Origin: Geosiphon pyriformis uo1
Lineage: Eukaryota > Fungi > Glomeromycota
Reading direction: 5' to 3'
Length of the DNA stretch: 64,000 bases
NCBI GenBank assembly: GCA_016748015.1
Contig: JAAOMT010000570.1
Location: 128,043 to 192,042, forward strand
The notes below the pieces were generated by a model. That model did not search any database, was not told where the DNA came from, and saw nothing but the letters and a program-made list of their open reading frames with translations. Of this stretch, positions 1-12,620 are shown piece after piece; within the stretch, counting starts at the first letter, position 1; each line of letters opens with the position of its first letter. The translations under genes and the position numbers were made by a program.

Positions 1-240
1 GATTTTGTTTCTTGGCTAAGGATTCTGTGGTATTGATTCTGTCTTTTCTGTTTCTAACACTACTGCTATATATACATAATTGGGATTTCTCAATTTCTTG
101 ATTCTTCATAACAGGAATCCTGGAATTCCTGGAATCCTGCGATTCCTTTGAAAGAAATCTTGGAATTCCACATTTACTATGTTTACTTCTAATTGGCTAA
201 TAATTATGCTAATATATTTTCTATATTTCTATGAGTAACA
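1..240 (-). repeat. 3' LTR of Gypsy-1 (partial)
   Basis: Aligns with about 9192-9510; starts TGTTACTC on the minus strand directly after the PPT. Confidence 0.93.
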
Positions 241-255
241 TTATTTCCTCCTTTT
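241..255 (-). promoter_or_regulatory. Polypurine tract of Gypsy-1
   Basis: AAAAGGAGGAAATAA on the minus strand directly before the 3' LTR. Confidence 0.85.
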
Positions 256-913
256 AATATTGAGCTCTGTCAAAATCTAACTCATGTAATTCCCCCTCTT
301 GAAGTATTTCCTGGATTTCGTTTTCGAGAATTACTTGTGTTATTTGGGTCTGTAATTCTTCAAATTGAGCATTGGTGATTTTTCCCAATTGATTACTGGT
401 AACCATATCCATCGCTCTGTTGAGCAATATTTCTGGTTTATCCTGAAATGCTGTGTGTATTCGGTATATGGCTCAGGCTTGTGTGGATAAGTTGTTCTTT
501 CCCACAAAATGTTCTAATTGTTGTAGTATTTTTTTGTCGAATAATCGCTTTGTTTTATCCATATATAGATTCTGGATATTTACATGTTGTCCCAAGTAAA
601 AATAACAATAGTTTTGTGGAAATTGTTGTATCCACCAATTCCAAATTTCTTTAGTCAACTCTTAATATAGTGACTTTTTTGTCAATTCTTTTATTGTTAA
701 TTTTACTTTCGCCATGATTTTGTCCACAGTATTTTCAGTTTTCTTCTGTGTTCTGAGTTGAAATGTCTTTCTAGTATCTTGATATCAAATGATTTGTTGA
801 TTGATTGTAATCTCCATTTCCTGGTGTTGGATTAATTGAAAGAGTTGTTGTGTTAGTGAGTGAATGTTGTCTGTAATTTCCATTTTTCTGATATTTCCTG
901 TCGTGTCTACCAT
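254..913 (-). pseudogene. Gypsy-1 ORF3 (about 219 aa, post-integrase, non-Env, unknown function)
   Basis: One frame from ATG 913 to TAA 254 with 3 internal stops (TGA, TAA, TGA), all explicable as CGA/CAA C>T changes; similar to the ORF at 39889. Confidence 0.75.
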
Positions 914-937
914 GTCTTTATATATTCTTTTGATGGA

Positions 938-2321
938 TCAATTTAACGTGTTGTTGTCGATAATAATGATTGGTTCCAGATCTCGTGGAATCTTATCTGG
1001 TTGGACTAGTACTCTCTGTACTCCTAATTGTGGAATATTACTGGTAGATGATAGTGTGATGTTGTGGTATGGTTTTAGTCAATCTCCATGTGCTGCTTTG
1101 GTTAAAATTTTGTTATTCAGTCTTAATTTGTAAGCTCCATTTTCTAAAATTTCTTCTATGTGAAATGGTCCATCTCATTTGGGGTCAAATTTTCCACTCC
1201 ATTGTTTTTCCACTTTGGTACGATGTAGTAATACTTTGTCTCCGATCTTGAATTCAATTGGTTTGTCTGGTAGTTGACTATTGTGTCTTTCTTTCTGTGT
1301 TTTTTGTGACTTTTGAATATTATCAGCTGCTCTTTTTTGTTTGTTTTCCAATGTTTTCATTAAGTTATATGTTCTTCTCAGCAATGTTTCTTGAAAATTT
1401 TCTTCTGTTATTGGTTCAGCTGGATATGTATTAATTTCTCTCTCTACTGGTAACGTTGCTATTCTCCCATATACTAATTCAAATGGTATTGCTTGTGTAG
1501 TATCTTGTTTCGTTGTCCGATAAGCAAATAGTACTGATGGTATGAACAAATCCCAATTGTTTTGGTTTTCTTGGCTGAGCTTGGCTATTGCTTCACACAA
1601 TGTTCTGTTGAATCTTTCTACTAATCCATTGGTTTGTGGATAGTATGGTGATAATAATGGTCTCTTGATTCCAAATCTTTGGCTTAATTCTGTTAATGTT
1701 CTGTTCACAAAATGAGTTTCTTGGTCTGATAATAATTCTTTTGGACATTCATGTCGACAAATCAAATCCTGATGAACAAATTCAGCAATGGATTCTGCAT
1801 CCACTCTTTGAATTGCTTTCACCTCTGGCCATTTAGTGAGATAGTCCATAGCTACTGCTATGTATCTGTTTCCTCTGCTGGTGATTGTTAATGGTCTGAC
1901 TAAATCAATTCCCATATGGTCAAATGGTTGTCCCATTTTGATTGGTCTTAATGGTTTACTGGGTCTTGTTCCTTCTCTTCACTGACAAGCATCACAATTT
2001 TAAACATATTGAATGATGTCTGAGTACATTGATAACCAATAGTATTTTTTTCTGGTTCTTTCTATGGTTGCTTCTTTGTGAAAATGTCCTGCTGTTGGAT
2101 TTGAGTGCATGTTGAATAATATTGTTTCTTTTTCTGGCTCCGTAATTACTCTGGTTGGTTGATTTGGATCTTTTCTATTTTTCTGATAAAGTATATTTTT
2201 GGTGAGTGATAAAATATTTTGATTGTTGTTTGATACTTCTTTGTTCTGTTTGAGATAAATTCTCCTTGAACTGTTGAGTGTTTAGATAATGTTGCAATTG
2301 TTGATATTTTTGTATGTTCAT
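938..2321 (-). pseudogene. Gypsy-1 integrase (HHCC, DDE core, GPF tail, no chromodomain)
   Basis: MNIQKYQQLQHYL start; HSNPTAGH...CDAC; GIDLV, SDQ, NGLVERFN; DGPF; one frameshift and several stops. Confidence 0.9.
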
Positions 2322-2384
2322 CTTTTGTTGTATTTTTCCATTAGTATTGTTCTGGTTTTATTATATTTTTGGGTTGAAATGTTC

Positions 2385-5300
2385 TTAGATTTGTCTTATT
2401 CGCGATAACCCATCAGCATTTCCGTTGTCTTTTCTTTTTTTGTAATGTATAGTATAATTGTATGGTGTGAGTGCCATTTTCTATCTTAACTGTCTTCTAT
2501 CTCCAAATTCTTGTTTTTGGAGTGATGTTAATCCCTTGTGATCTGTGTATATTTCAAACTTCTGGCTCAAGTATTTTTTTCATTTCATGACAGCCCAGTA
2601 TATTGCTAAGTGTTCTTGTTCCAGTATTCTATAGTTCTTTTCAGCTGGTGTTAAACCTCTGCTGGCATATGCTACTAGATGTTCTCTGCCATCCAGTTTT
2701 CTCTGAGATAATACTGCTCCCAATGCTTGGCCAGATGCATTGGTGGTGATGATGAATAGTTTGCTGTAATCTGGATAGACTAGCACTGGAGCTTGGATGA
2801 GCTTTTTTCTCAGAATATCAAAAGCTTCTTGTTGACTTTCTGTCCATTTATATTTCGCATTCTTGTTTTGCAGTTGATTGAGTGGCTGCGCTATCTTGGA
2901 AAAGTTCTTGATAAAACAATGATAGTAGCTGGCGAATCCCAAGAATGATTTCAGTTCTGTTATATTGGTTGACACTGGAAAGTTTTTTACTATCTCTATT
3001 TTCTCTGGATCTGTTTTGATGCCATCTTTGCTAACTATGTGTTCCAAGAATTTGAGTTCTGTCTTGTCAAAGAAGCACTTTGTCACATTTAACTTTAGTC
3101 CTGCTTTTTTTAGTCTTTCGAACACTTGTTGAAGATGATGAAGATGATCATCAAACATCTTTGAGAATACATTGGTGTTGTCCAAGTATACAACTACTGA
3201 TTTCCACAATAAGCCAGTATAAACAATTTTCATTAGCCGTTGGAAAGTTGCTGGGGCATTGGTTAAGCCGAATGGCATCACTTTAAATTCGAAATTCTCT
3301 TCTCTAATAGTAAATGTCATCTTTTTTTTGTCAGCTGGATTCATGGCTACTTGTCAGTAACCACTGTCCAAATCTAATGTGGAGAACTATTTGTTTCCAC
3401 CAAAAACATCAAATAATTCCTGTATTCGTGAAGTTGGATAACTGTCTCCACGAGTTACACCATTGAGTTTCCTGTAGTCTACACAAAACTGGATTTTTCC
3501 ATTTTTTTTACGGACAAGTACCACTGGTGATGACTATGGACTCATTGATGGTTGAATTAGCCCGTTGTCAAGCATTCTGTTTATCTCTTGACAAATAATC
3601 TCATGGCTGGCTGGCAGCACTCTGTATGCTCTTTGTTTGATTGACATTGCATCTCCAGTCTTGATCTGATGCTGGATGATGTCAGTTCAGCCAAACTTAT
3701 TTTCGCTGGCAAAGATGTCATTGAAATTGTTGAGTAACATCTTGAGCTGCATACATTGGAGTGGATCTAAGTTTCCTATGTTCATTTGTTCCAATTGTTC
3801 TGGTTGGAGCAAATAACATTTGTCTCGTCTATAGATTGTTTGTAATGTGATGTTAACATATCCACAAAGTTGTGGAAAGTCTGGAATGGGGTTTGGTGGT
3901 TGGTCTTCTATTTCTGTGGTTAAATATCTGATGGTGGTTCCTTCTGGTATGTTGATGAAATTGCCAGTGTTGTTGTAGATGGGAATTTTTATGCTGCTAT
4001 AGCTTTTGGCTGGTATGTGGAGATTGATCAACCCAATCTCTCTTGATTCACAAAGGTTTGCTTCTGCTTCAAAAATCTGTTCTTGCTCCTTTTCCTTCCT
4101 TTCTATTATTAACATGTACTGGCTATATGATGGAATGGAAATAGCTTGACCGGTTGAGATAATTTCTCCTTGGCCAACAATTTCTTTCTCTACCATATTA
4201 ACTGGTACATCTGTTCTATCTGTTGATCCAAATCCTTGTATTCCTCTCGCTGTTATTCCTAATTCCTCTCTCTTTCCCACTGACACTAACTGAGCTACTC
4301 TAATCAGAGACAGGAATATTGCCTGTGCTATCTTTTTGTTGGGCTCTATTATATAGGCCTTTTCTGAGTCATTTTGTAGTATGGCGATGATATTTTCTAC
4401 ATATCCTGCATCAATTATTCCTCCTCTTATATTGATCTCTCTTTTCGCTAAACTACTCCTAGATGCTAATTGAACCATTGTTGTTGCCGGAATCTCTAGT
4501 GCTATTTTCAGATCAATGCAGATGTGTGAATGTGGCTCCAATTTGATAGTCTCTTTTCCTGGATATCTTAAATCAAACCCTGCATCAGTATCATGCGCAC
4601 GTTCTGGCATAATACCTTTCCCATTGTCACTATACCATTTCAACTCTTGTTTTTTGGAGAGATCTGGTAGTGCAATGTATTGTTTATAGTTTAAATTGGG
4701 GTTTGAATCTGAGTCTGAATTGTTTTCATCATCATTGTCATTTTGAACGGAGCTAGAACCGGTGTTTTCATCGTCATTATCGGAGTCTGAATTGTGATTG
4801 ATCAGTGATTTTGATTCTGATGCACAGCTGCTGATTGGTTCTTCTTCTTCAGGGATCGAGTAAATCATGTGTGATGGTGGATTGTAAATGAGGTCACAAT
4901 CGTCACAATATTCAAAGTCACTGGAAATTAAACAATAGTGACACAGTCTTGTATTTAACTGTGCTAGCCATTGTTCTTGTTCTTCTCTAGTGGGTGCCAA
5001 GTTTTGGTAGTGTTCATGGAACTCTTCTGGTTCCAGAAAATTTATGACTGGCTCTGCATCCCAGTCAAGCTCGATGGGTTTTGGTGGGTTGTTTTTAATT
5101 GTCTGGATTTCTTCTGACAATGCGCCTTCAATTTTGGCAGTTGCTATTCTCCAAATTTTGTCATTGTCATGTGGACAACTGTCTAATTGTCGCACTGCTC
5201 TTTGCCAAGCAGCTTCAATTGGTGTCCCCTTTTTAACCCAGTTGCTGATCAGAATCATGTATTGACACTCTATGTCGCATGTTCCTCCACATCCAGAAAT

Positions 5301-8300
5301 GTCATGCCACATTCCTTTGTCCAAGAGAGTCTCTCCACAAGCTAAGCATGGCTGGTTGTCCCATTTTCCTACTTGTTTTGGTCTTCCAAAGCATTTAAAG
5401 ATGCATGGGCAGCAATAAAACCTAGTTGCCGTTGAATATTCCTCATCATCCCCACAACATGCGCCCATTGACGACAATTTCTTGCCACAATTGATGCATA
5501 TAAGCTTAGGTCGACGATAGATAGATCGTTGTAGTATAGTGTAGGTGTTATAAGTGGTGGTGGTTTGTGTGGTCTCTTCTTCTTTTCCTTTCTCTTTATT
5601 TTTTTTGTCTTCTTCCCATTCCCAGCTTGAAGTTGGTTCACTTTCATCATTGTCAGTTCATGTCAGGTCATTGGTTTCCCAGGTAAGTTCTTCCTTTTGT
5701 TTCCCTTTTCCCTTGTTGTTGTTGTCTCAGGAGAGTATTGGCAGCAGCTTATTGTGCTCTTCATCAGCCCATGATACTTGGTAGGCTTCCCAGATCGGCT
5801 TTGGTTTCTCCTCATCGAAGTCAATCAGTGGTGCCATGTTGTTGGTAGCCTTAAAGTGGCCACACGTTGCTGGTACTCGTGTGTGTCTTCCATTCTGGCT
5901 GAGTATTAACTCTTGGGTCGTCCAATCAAGCATGGCATTGGTTTTGAACAGCCAGTCATTACCAACTAGGGCTTGGTATTGGGTGGCATCCATTACTAGA
6001 ACTTTGATGAGTACTATAATGCCAATAATTTCTATAGGGAAATCATCTATCTTGCCAATAGGTGTTTTTGTGGTGCCATTAGCAGTGATAATTCTAGCGC
6101 TGGCAGCTTGATCAACTTGGCAATCTAATTAATCCATGAGCTGTCTTGTGATTATACTGCCAGCTGATCCACTATCTAGGATAAGTTTAATGGAGTGACC
6201 ATTGACTTTGACATCCATGTACATTGCTATTATGGGTTTCTCCTCAAGGGTGGCTTCACTGAATAACAGTATTGGTGTGTTTTCTTTGAGTTCGAAAGGA
6301 AAAATGGCTGCTAGAGATTTGTTGCTAGAGATGGTTATTGGTGAAATCATGTTAGTAGGTACGTGCTGATTGGATTCTGTGTTGTTGGATGTGGCGTTTT
6401 CTGGGTTAACCAAGAGACTTAAATAGTGTTGGGAATTTGGGTTTTGGACACGACTGGTATCCAAATTCTGGATGTGTGATTCTGATAGTGGGTTTAGTGG
6501 ACTGGAGATCAGTTGGTGAACAACCATTGCCGATCTCCAGTTTTGAGTAATTCTGGATCGAGGGTTGCCTGATGTCATTTGAGCTGGGTTCTGGGGCAGT
6601 ATTTGAATTGGTTGGGGTTGATAGATGATTTGTGGCTGCGGTTGATATATTACTTGTGGCTGTGGCTGATAAATTAGAGCTTAATACACTGGAGACTGAT
6701 AGACTGATGACTGTGTTACTGGTAGGTAAGTGGGTGGATTTTGATTTAGATACTGATTTGGAGTTTGGAACCAGCAATCGGAGTTTTAATATTGATTTCC
6801 TGATCATTGGTTATTTAAACGCTGGCAACAGTCAATTTGGATGTGCCCTTGTTTACCATAATAATGGCAGATATGTGTTTCTTGTTGCCATCATTGATTG
6901 GTCGATGAAGATGGATGTGGCTGATTTTGGGCATGATTAGAGTTTCCTTGATTATTGCGTTATTGTGGAGGCTGATAAATGGCATAATTGTCAGCTAAGT
7001 ATCCTTCCAATCTCTTATTGATTAATTCACTGAATTTCTCCAATTTGGAATCCAATTCAGATGATCTGTTCATTACTAGATTAACAGCTTGAGCATGATT
7101 AGCCTCTGACTCAGCGGATTCAAAATTTCTGGTGCATGTGACTGCATCTTGAAGGGTGCCTGAATGCAATGGACGTACATATTGCAAGATGCTGCTGCGC
7201 AGGCCACGGATAAACTGATTGAGTATCTGTGGTGCTGTGAAATAGTTGGTGTTAATTGCTTGAATTTGGCGTAGGTTTCGATAGAAGCATCCCAGGTAAG
7301 TGGTGACTGCTTCAGTTTCTCCTTGTTTCATGGTGGTGAATGCATTGACTAGGTGATTGATGCTATTATTGTTACTGAAGTATTTTAGGAATTCCGCTTT
7401 GAAGGCATTAAAATCTTGTGGTTTATTAATCAAGCTCTAGTACTATGAATTAGTAGTATCTTTAAGAAAGTAGGGAATGGTTTGCATTGCTCGAGCATCA
7501 TTCCATCTTTTGGCTGTGATGGCCTTTTCTACATCATTCAGCCATATTTGAGCATCATCCTCTTCGCTTGTAAAGTTGTTGAGTTTTGCGATTGGTGCAT
7601 AGGCCATTGGATCTAAGTTAGGTGGTTGTGGTGGCTGTTGAAACAGTTGTTGTTGTCTTGGCTGTTGGGGTGATAGCTAAAGTGGCTGCTGTATGGGTTT
7701 GGCTATGGGATTAATTGGCAGTTGATCGATGACAATTACTGGAGGTAAGTTTTGCTGATTAATTAATTCGGGATTTTGATTTCTTTGATTTGGCGGCGTT
7801 TGAATATTCGGAGTTTCGATTTCTGGATTTTCTAACTGTTGCTGAGTTTGAATGTTCGGGATTTCAACTTCCAGGTTTTCAGTGATCAGGTGCTGGTAAG
7901 TGAATTCTTGATCTTCTGATTCTTCTTCCTCCTTTTCTGATTCTGCTGTTTTTCATGGATCAGAGATTCTGAAATCTGGTAGAGGTGGTGGTGATCAAAG
8001 TCCTGATGGGGTTGATGATCGTGAATTAAATCCCTCAAAGTATTCGCCATATGGTCCTAACAATTCTGTTTTTCTTTGTCTACTATGGAATGGAAATTGT
8101 CCAAATGCTGATGTCACAGTTAATGGAAACGTGTCTGTTGATGATATGTTAATAGCACTTCCAGGTGTATAGTAGTAGGATGAGTTGCTTGGGGATTCAA
8201 CTTTGTTTTTCTTCTAAGCAGGTGGCTGTATTTTTCTGGATGTTACTGCTGGTGTTTGTAATTTTCCCTTGTCTTTACTAGCGTATGTAATTGGATATCT

Positions 8301-8591
8301 TTGTTGAGTGTAATGTTCAATTTTTTTGTTGATCTCAGTGATGATGGATGCAAAATTATGATTTGTTGGTAGGTTGGTGTTTTGAATTAATTCCTTATAG
8401 AAAGTTTCTCTTGCTGATTCAGTATTCACTAGTGTTTCTAATAAAGAAGAAATCTTTTTGTTGACATAGAAATTGAAGGCTGATTCAGTGGATATATGAT
8501 TGTGGTTTAATCTCAAGTATTGACAATAGTGTTGAAATAAGGATTTTGTGAATCCTAAATGGTTTGCTCCTATAATTTCTGATTCTGTCAC
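2385..8591 (-). pseudogene. Gypsy-1 single-frame gag-PR-(Cys-rich)-dUTPase-RT-RNaseH polyprotein with premature stops
   Basis: ORF fragments starting at 8591, 7433, 6578, 5993, 5477 and 3344 share one frame; capsid-like region, degenerate CCHC knuckle, LILDSGS protease, MPFGL and YLDN (YLDD) RT motifs, RNase H ending NADGLSR. Confidence 0.9.
4222..4650 (-). other. dUTPase domain within Gypsy-1 pol
   Basis: All five trimeric dUTPase motifs: AGFDL, SRSS, GGIIDAGY, IAQ, RGIQGFGST. Confidence 0.93.
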
Positions 8592-8634
8592 TTTTGGTTT
8601 GGTGTTGTTGGTGCTGGTTCTCTGTAGGATTATA

Positions 8635-8651
8635 CCTCACAGAGAGCACCA
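8635..8651 (-). promoter_or_regulatory. Primer-binding site, probably for a tRNA-Ile(UAU)-type primer
   Basis: TGGTGCTCTCTGTGAGG two nt after the 5' LTR; complementary to a tRNA 3' end ...CCTCACAGAGAGCACCA. The tRNA identity is from recalled similarity only. Confidence 0.75.
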
Positions 8652-8653
8652 AA

Positions 8654-9510
8654 TGTTACAGGTGATTATTTTTGTTGTTGAATTGAATAACAAATCCATA
8701 ACTTGGTACTCAAAAGCTACTTTTGTGAATAATATATGGAAGGTGTGATATCTGAAGGTTTTGGTTGAGTCCTTTGTATAATAAACAGAGATTCAATAAG
8801 GTTGATAGTGGTTATATTCTCAAGTTGGTTTCCCAATTTCTTTTTCAGCATGGTGGCTGGATTTAGTTTGGTAGTTGTGCCCTTCTGGTAAGCTATCTGA
8901 TAATATATATAAACTCCTACCCTTATTTTTGGGTCTTTTACTAGGCTATCCTTGACGTTAATAACTCAGTGCTTAATCTTTTAATCAATTAGTATATAAC
9001 AACAAAATCAAAGAAAGAAAAAATAAAATAAAGAAAATAAAGAAAATAAGTCAAGGCAATTTGGTACATTAGTATCTTGTCAATAGCTATGATCAAGAGC
9101 TATTGTTCCAGTATGGTTAAGTATCAATTACTATCAACATGAAGTGTTGATAGTGGAGAGTGGATTGAGATATGGAATAATTATTTATTTGATGATTTTG
9201 TTTCTTGGCTAAGAATTCTGTGGTATTGATTCTGTCTTTTCTGTTTCTAACACTACTGCTATATATACATAATTGGAATTCCTCAATTCCTTGATTTTTC
9301 ACAACAGGAATTCTGAAATTCCTGAAATCCTGTGATTCCTTTGAGAGGAATCCTGGAATTCTGGAATTCTGCAATTCCTTGTCAGGGAATTCTGAAATTC
9401 CTGGAATCCTGCAATTCCTAAGAGGAATCCTGGAATTCCACATTTACTACGCTTACTTCTGATTGGCTAATAATTATGCTAATATATTTTCTATATTTCT
9501 ATAAGTAACA
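8654..9510 (-). repeat. 5' LTR of Gypsy-1 (857 bp)
   Basis: TGTTAC/GTAACA inverted termini, adjacent PBS, matches 1-240; contains GGAATTCC-rich tandem repeats at about 9300-9440. Confidence 0.93.
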
Positions 9511-11895
9511 TCATCAATCAAAATATCAGGAAATTTTTCTTGCTTGTTAGTGACTTACCAATTGTAATTGCTAAGAAAGATAAATTTTATCAATACTTGG
9601 ATATATTTTTGTTAACAAATGAGCTGTCCAAACTTAGTTTAACCAAAGTTTAGTCAAATATTTAGTTCTTTTTAAATATAATCTTGCACAAAACTATTTT
9701 TAATAAACAATTTTGTTATTTGGTTTTCTTAGTTTTACAGTCTATTATTAATTACAAAACACAATTTAGTTATATTTCTAAAAGTGTTTGTACTAAGTAA
9801 GATGGTATGATTAAAAAAAGCCTAAAACTTAAAACAAACTTTCACATAATTTTTTTATAAACACATTGCTACACCCATTTTTTTATAACATAAAAACTTT
9901 TGACCAAGTATAAACTAAGAGTAAATTATTAGCTGTTTTGAATTTTGCAAATGCACCTGATGTTTTAAGTAATTTTTTATTCATTGGTATATGGATTTAC
10001 AGATTACCAGCTGGTTGTCAGCACATCTATTATGTTATTTTATTAAATTAAATATTAGTCTTATGAATAATTTTTTGGCTGGAATTGTGAAAATTTTCTT
10101 ATTTTGTGGCTTATCTTTTTTTAATGCTCTGGTAAGTACTTTTTGATTCTCTAATGAAACACTAATGTCTAAGATTCTTGGAAATGAGAAATTTTTCAGA
10201 GTGGTTTATTTTTTAAAACATTTTGTATTGTTTTTATAGAACAATTACTAAACAAAAAAAAACATTGTTTTAACTAAAAATATTTTAGACATTGGAAGTA
10301 TTTGGATCTACAAAGCCTTGTTCTTATATGGTTTAACTTAGCTATCTGATTTCTGGACAACAGATTGGCTATAGCTGTCACTTTGTCTTGAATTTTTAAT
10401 GAATACTCTCCTGATTTTATAGTGGCTAACCCAATTAGTCTTGTTAAAAACATTTTGTTAGAGTTTGGTTTAAGTTTGTTTAATATTTATACAGATAAGT
10501 TCATAAAGTATTTAGGTTTAATTTTAGTTATTAGAGGAGCTGCTGTTTTTTTTTTGGATGTTGATTTTAGTATTGGAGTTAAAGTTTATAATATTATATT
10601 ATTAATTTTCTTGAAACTTAAGACTATCTTTTTTATATTTACTTATATTTTTATTGAAAACAATATAATTGTTAATTCAGACAACCAAATTGTTATTAGT
10701 GTCTGTATTAATGAATTGAGAATATTTTTACCTGATTTTAAAAAATACTTATGAATAAAATAACAACAGATAATAAACTTTATTAAAAATAGATCACTTT
10801 TAATATTTTAAATTAAGATTAAAGACCATACTAATATTGTGGAGAATAAACATACCAATGTGTTCATCTTTGATGAATGTTTTTTTAATTCTGTTTTTTC
10901 AATTGTAGTTTATAAGTTTTTTATACATACAGATAATATAATTTTGTCCTGTAATATTTGTTATTATATCAGAAATTTCTACAAGACTTTGTGTTATGTT
11001 AGGTGAAAAAATAGATCTGAATTAATAATAGAAAGTGTTTGTAATATTAGTATAGTAAATTAGAAAAGATCTTTAGAAGTTTGGCATTCTGATAGACATA
11101 TGGCTTCTGGTTTTACAAGTCACATGTTAAATGTTTTATAAACTTACTTTATAAAAGCTCTACATAAGCATTTACTGATAACTGTTAGAAAGCATTTATA
11201 CAGTGTGTTATATTCAAATATAAAGTGTTTATTTTGTAATAAAATTGAGACTTCTGATCATACATTCAAGTGTTTTTATAACAATAGTATCACAGTAGAA
11301 TTTTGTTCAAGTTTGAAATGTGTTGGACATTATTATTAAATATTATTGCTTTTTCTTTTGTAATCCTCCAGAATTTGTTTTTTTGTATATAGAATATTGA
11401 CTTGTATTCTAATTTAGTAAAAAACTTTGTGCTTAAAAGTTGGTATAGTAAAGCTTTGGTTGTGTTTGGCAATTTCAGGCTAGCAGATTTGCAGATGGTA
11501 ATATTTGTGAAAGACTTAATATTGGTTTACAGGTCTAAAATATGGTGTTACAAATTTAAATACAAAGCTGATATAAATAAAAAAGGCATAATAATTATTA
11601 ATAATAGTGTAATTTCTTATGATTTCAGCAGTATAGACAAATTAAGTAATGGAATAGTTATGTTGCTTAATGTAAAAGAGATTAGAGGAATATATTTTAG
11701 TACATAATTTAAATACTTATTTTTTTTGAGTTTGAGAAGTAATATAGTAGTAATAACTGGTTTGTAATATAGTCGTAATTAGCCTAAATGACTGGTTATA
11801 TATAGTAAGTACATAAATTGTATTTAGTTTATGATGTGTATATATTGTATATTCTTAGATAATAATTGGATTATACTTGTTAAACCTAATAAAAA
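9511..11895 (+). mobile_element. Degraded LINE (LINE-A): 3' part of ORF2 plus 3' UTR, interrupted by Gypsy-1
   Basis: Translation from about 9513 (LLVSDLPIVIAKKDKFYQYLDIFL...KQFCYLV...YKTQFS) aligns with LINE-C/D ORF2; RNase H-like and C-terminal zinc-finger remnants; family 3' UTR at about 11770-11890. Confidence 0.85.
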
Positions 11896-11914
11896 GATAT
11901 ATATATATTAAATA

Positions 11915-12620
11915 GTAATTTAACTGTTATTAATCCGAATAATATTATTAACAAAGATATTAACAACCAAATAAAACATTAAATTAGTTTGATTTTTAAT
12001 TTTGTTTGTTTTGATTACAAATTTATAATCAAATTAGTAATTATATAAATAAATAAAAATTGTAAAAAATTTTTTAAAGCAAAAATAAAAAGACTTTACT
12101 TTAATTTAAACTATTATATATATTATAATTATTAATAAAACCAAAATTTGTCATAACTTAATTGATTTTATTTATATAAATATTAAAAAACTTGATAAAT
12201 TTGTTATATATTTTAATTTTTAACAGACTGTTTTTAAATAATACTAGTTAATTAAATTATAAGTTTTATACATGTTTTATAAAACTAATTATAATATATA
12301 ATTTTTTTTCAAAATATTATTTACAATTAAATCTATTATAAAAATAGAAAAATAAATAAAAATATTTTTTAAAACTAAAAAACTATTCTTATAAAAAATA
12401 TTAAATTTACTATAAACTAATAAAATACAATTTAAAAAAATTTTTAATAAAATTTTTTTAATAGTTTTAATCAAAACAATTAAATAAGTATTGGTAAAAA
12501 TGTTTTTTTATTTATAAAATTTAAGAATTATTAACATTTAAATTTTTTATTATTAAGTAAAAACAAAATTTAATACCAAATACAAATTAAACAAATTCAA
12601 AAACAGTTTTATAATAAACA
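11915..12620 (-). mobile_element. Hypermutated LINE RT relic (LINE-E ghost)
   Basis: ORF 12289-12474 (IKTIKKILLKIFLNCILLVYSKFNIFYKNSFLVLK) is colinear with LINE-C IETAHKIFSKILLNRISLACSTFDVLYGDNFLVLR; differences are dominated by C>T/G>A; FVDD motif reads FVNN near 11945. Confidence 0.8.

Larger units (their letters stand above)
1..9510 (-). mobile_element. Ty3/Gypsy LTR retrotransposon (Gypsy-1), dUTPase-bearing, mutated; 3' LTR runs off the window start
   Basis: LTRs at 8654-9510 and <1-240 (TGTTAC...GTAACA), PBS, PPT, and Gag/PR/dUTPase/RT/RNaseH/IN motifs in Gypsy order. Confidence 0.95.

Noticed and set aside
6406-6807. 133-aa S/T-rich overlapping ORF in the Gypsy-1 gag region
   Set aside because: It is an alternative frame of a Q/P-rich repeat linker (IYQPQPQ repeats). 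The main frame carries the homology, and no matching ORF is evident in Gypsy-2.
9117-9443. 108-aa ORF and CRISPR-like periodicity in the LTR
   Set aside because: Produced by degenerate tandem repeats without unique spacers; eukaryotic context and no cas genes.
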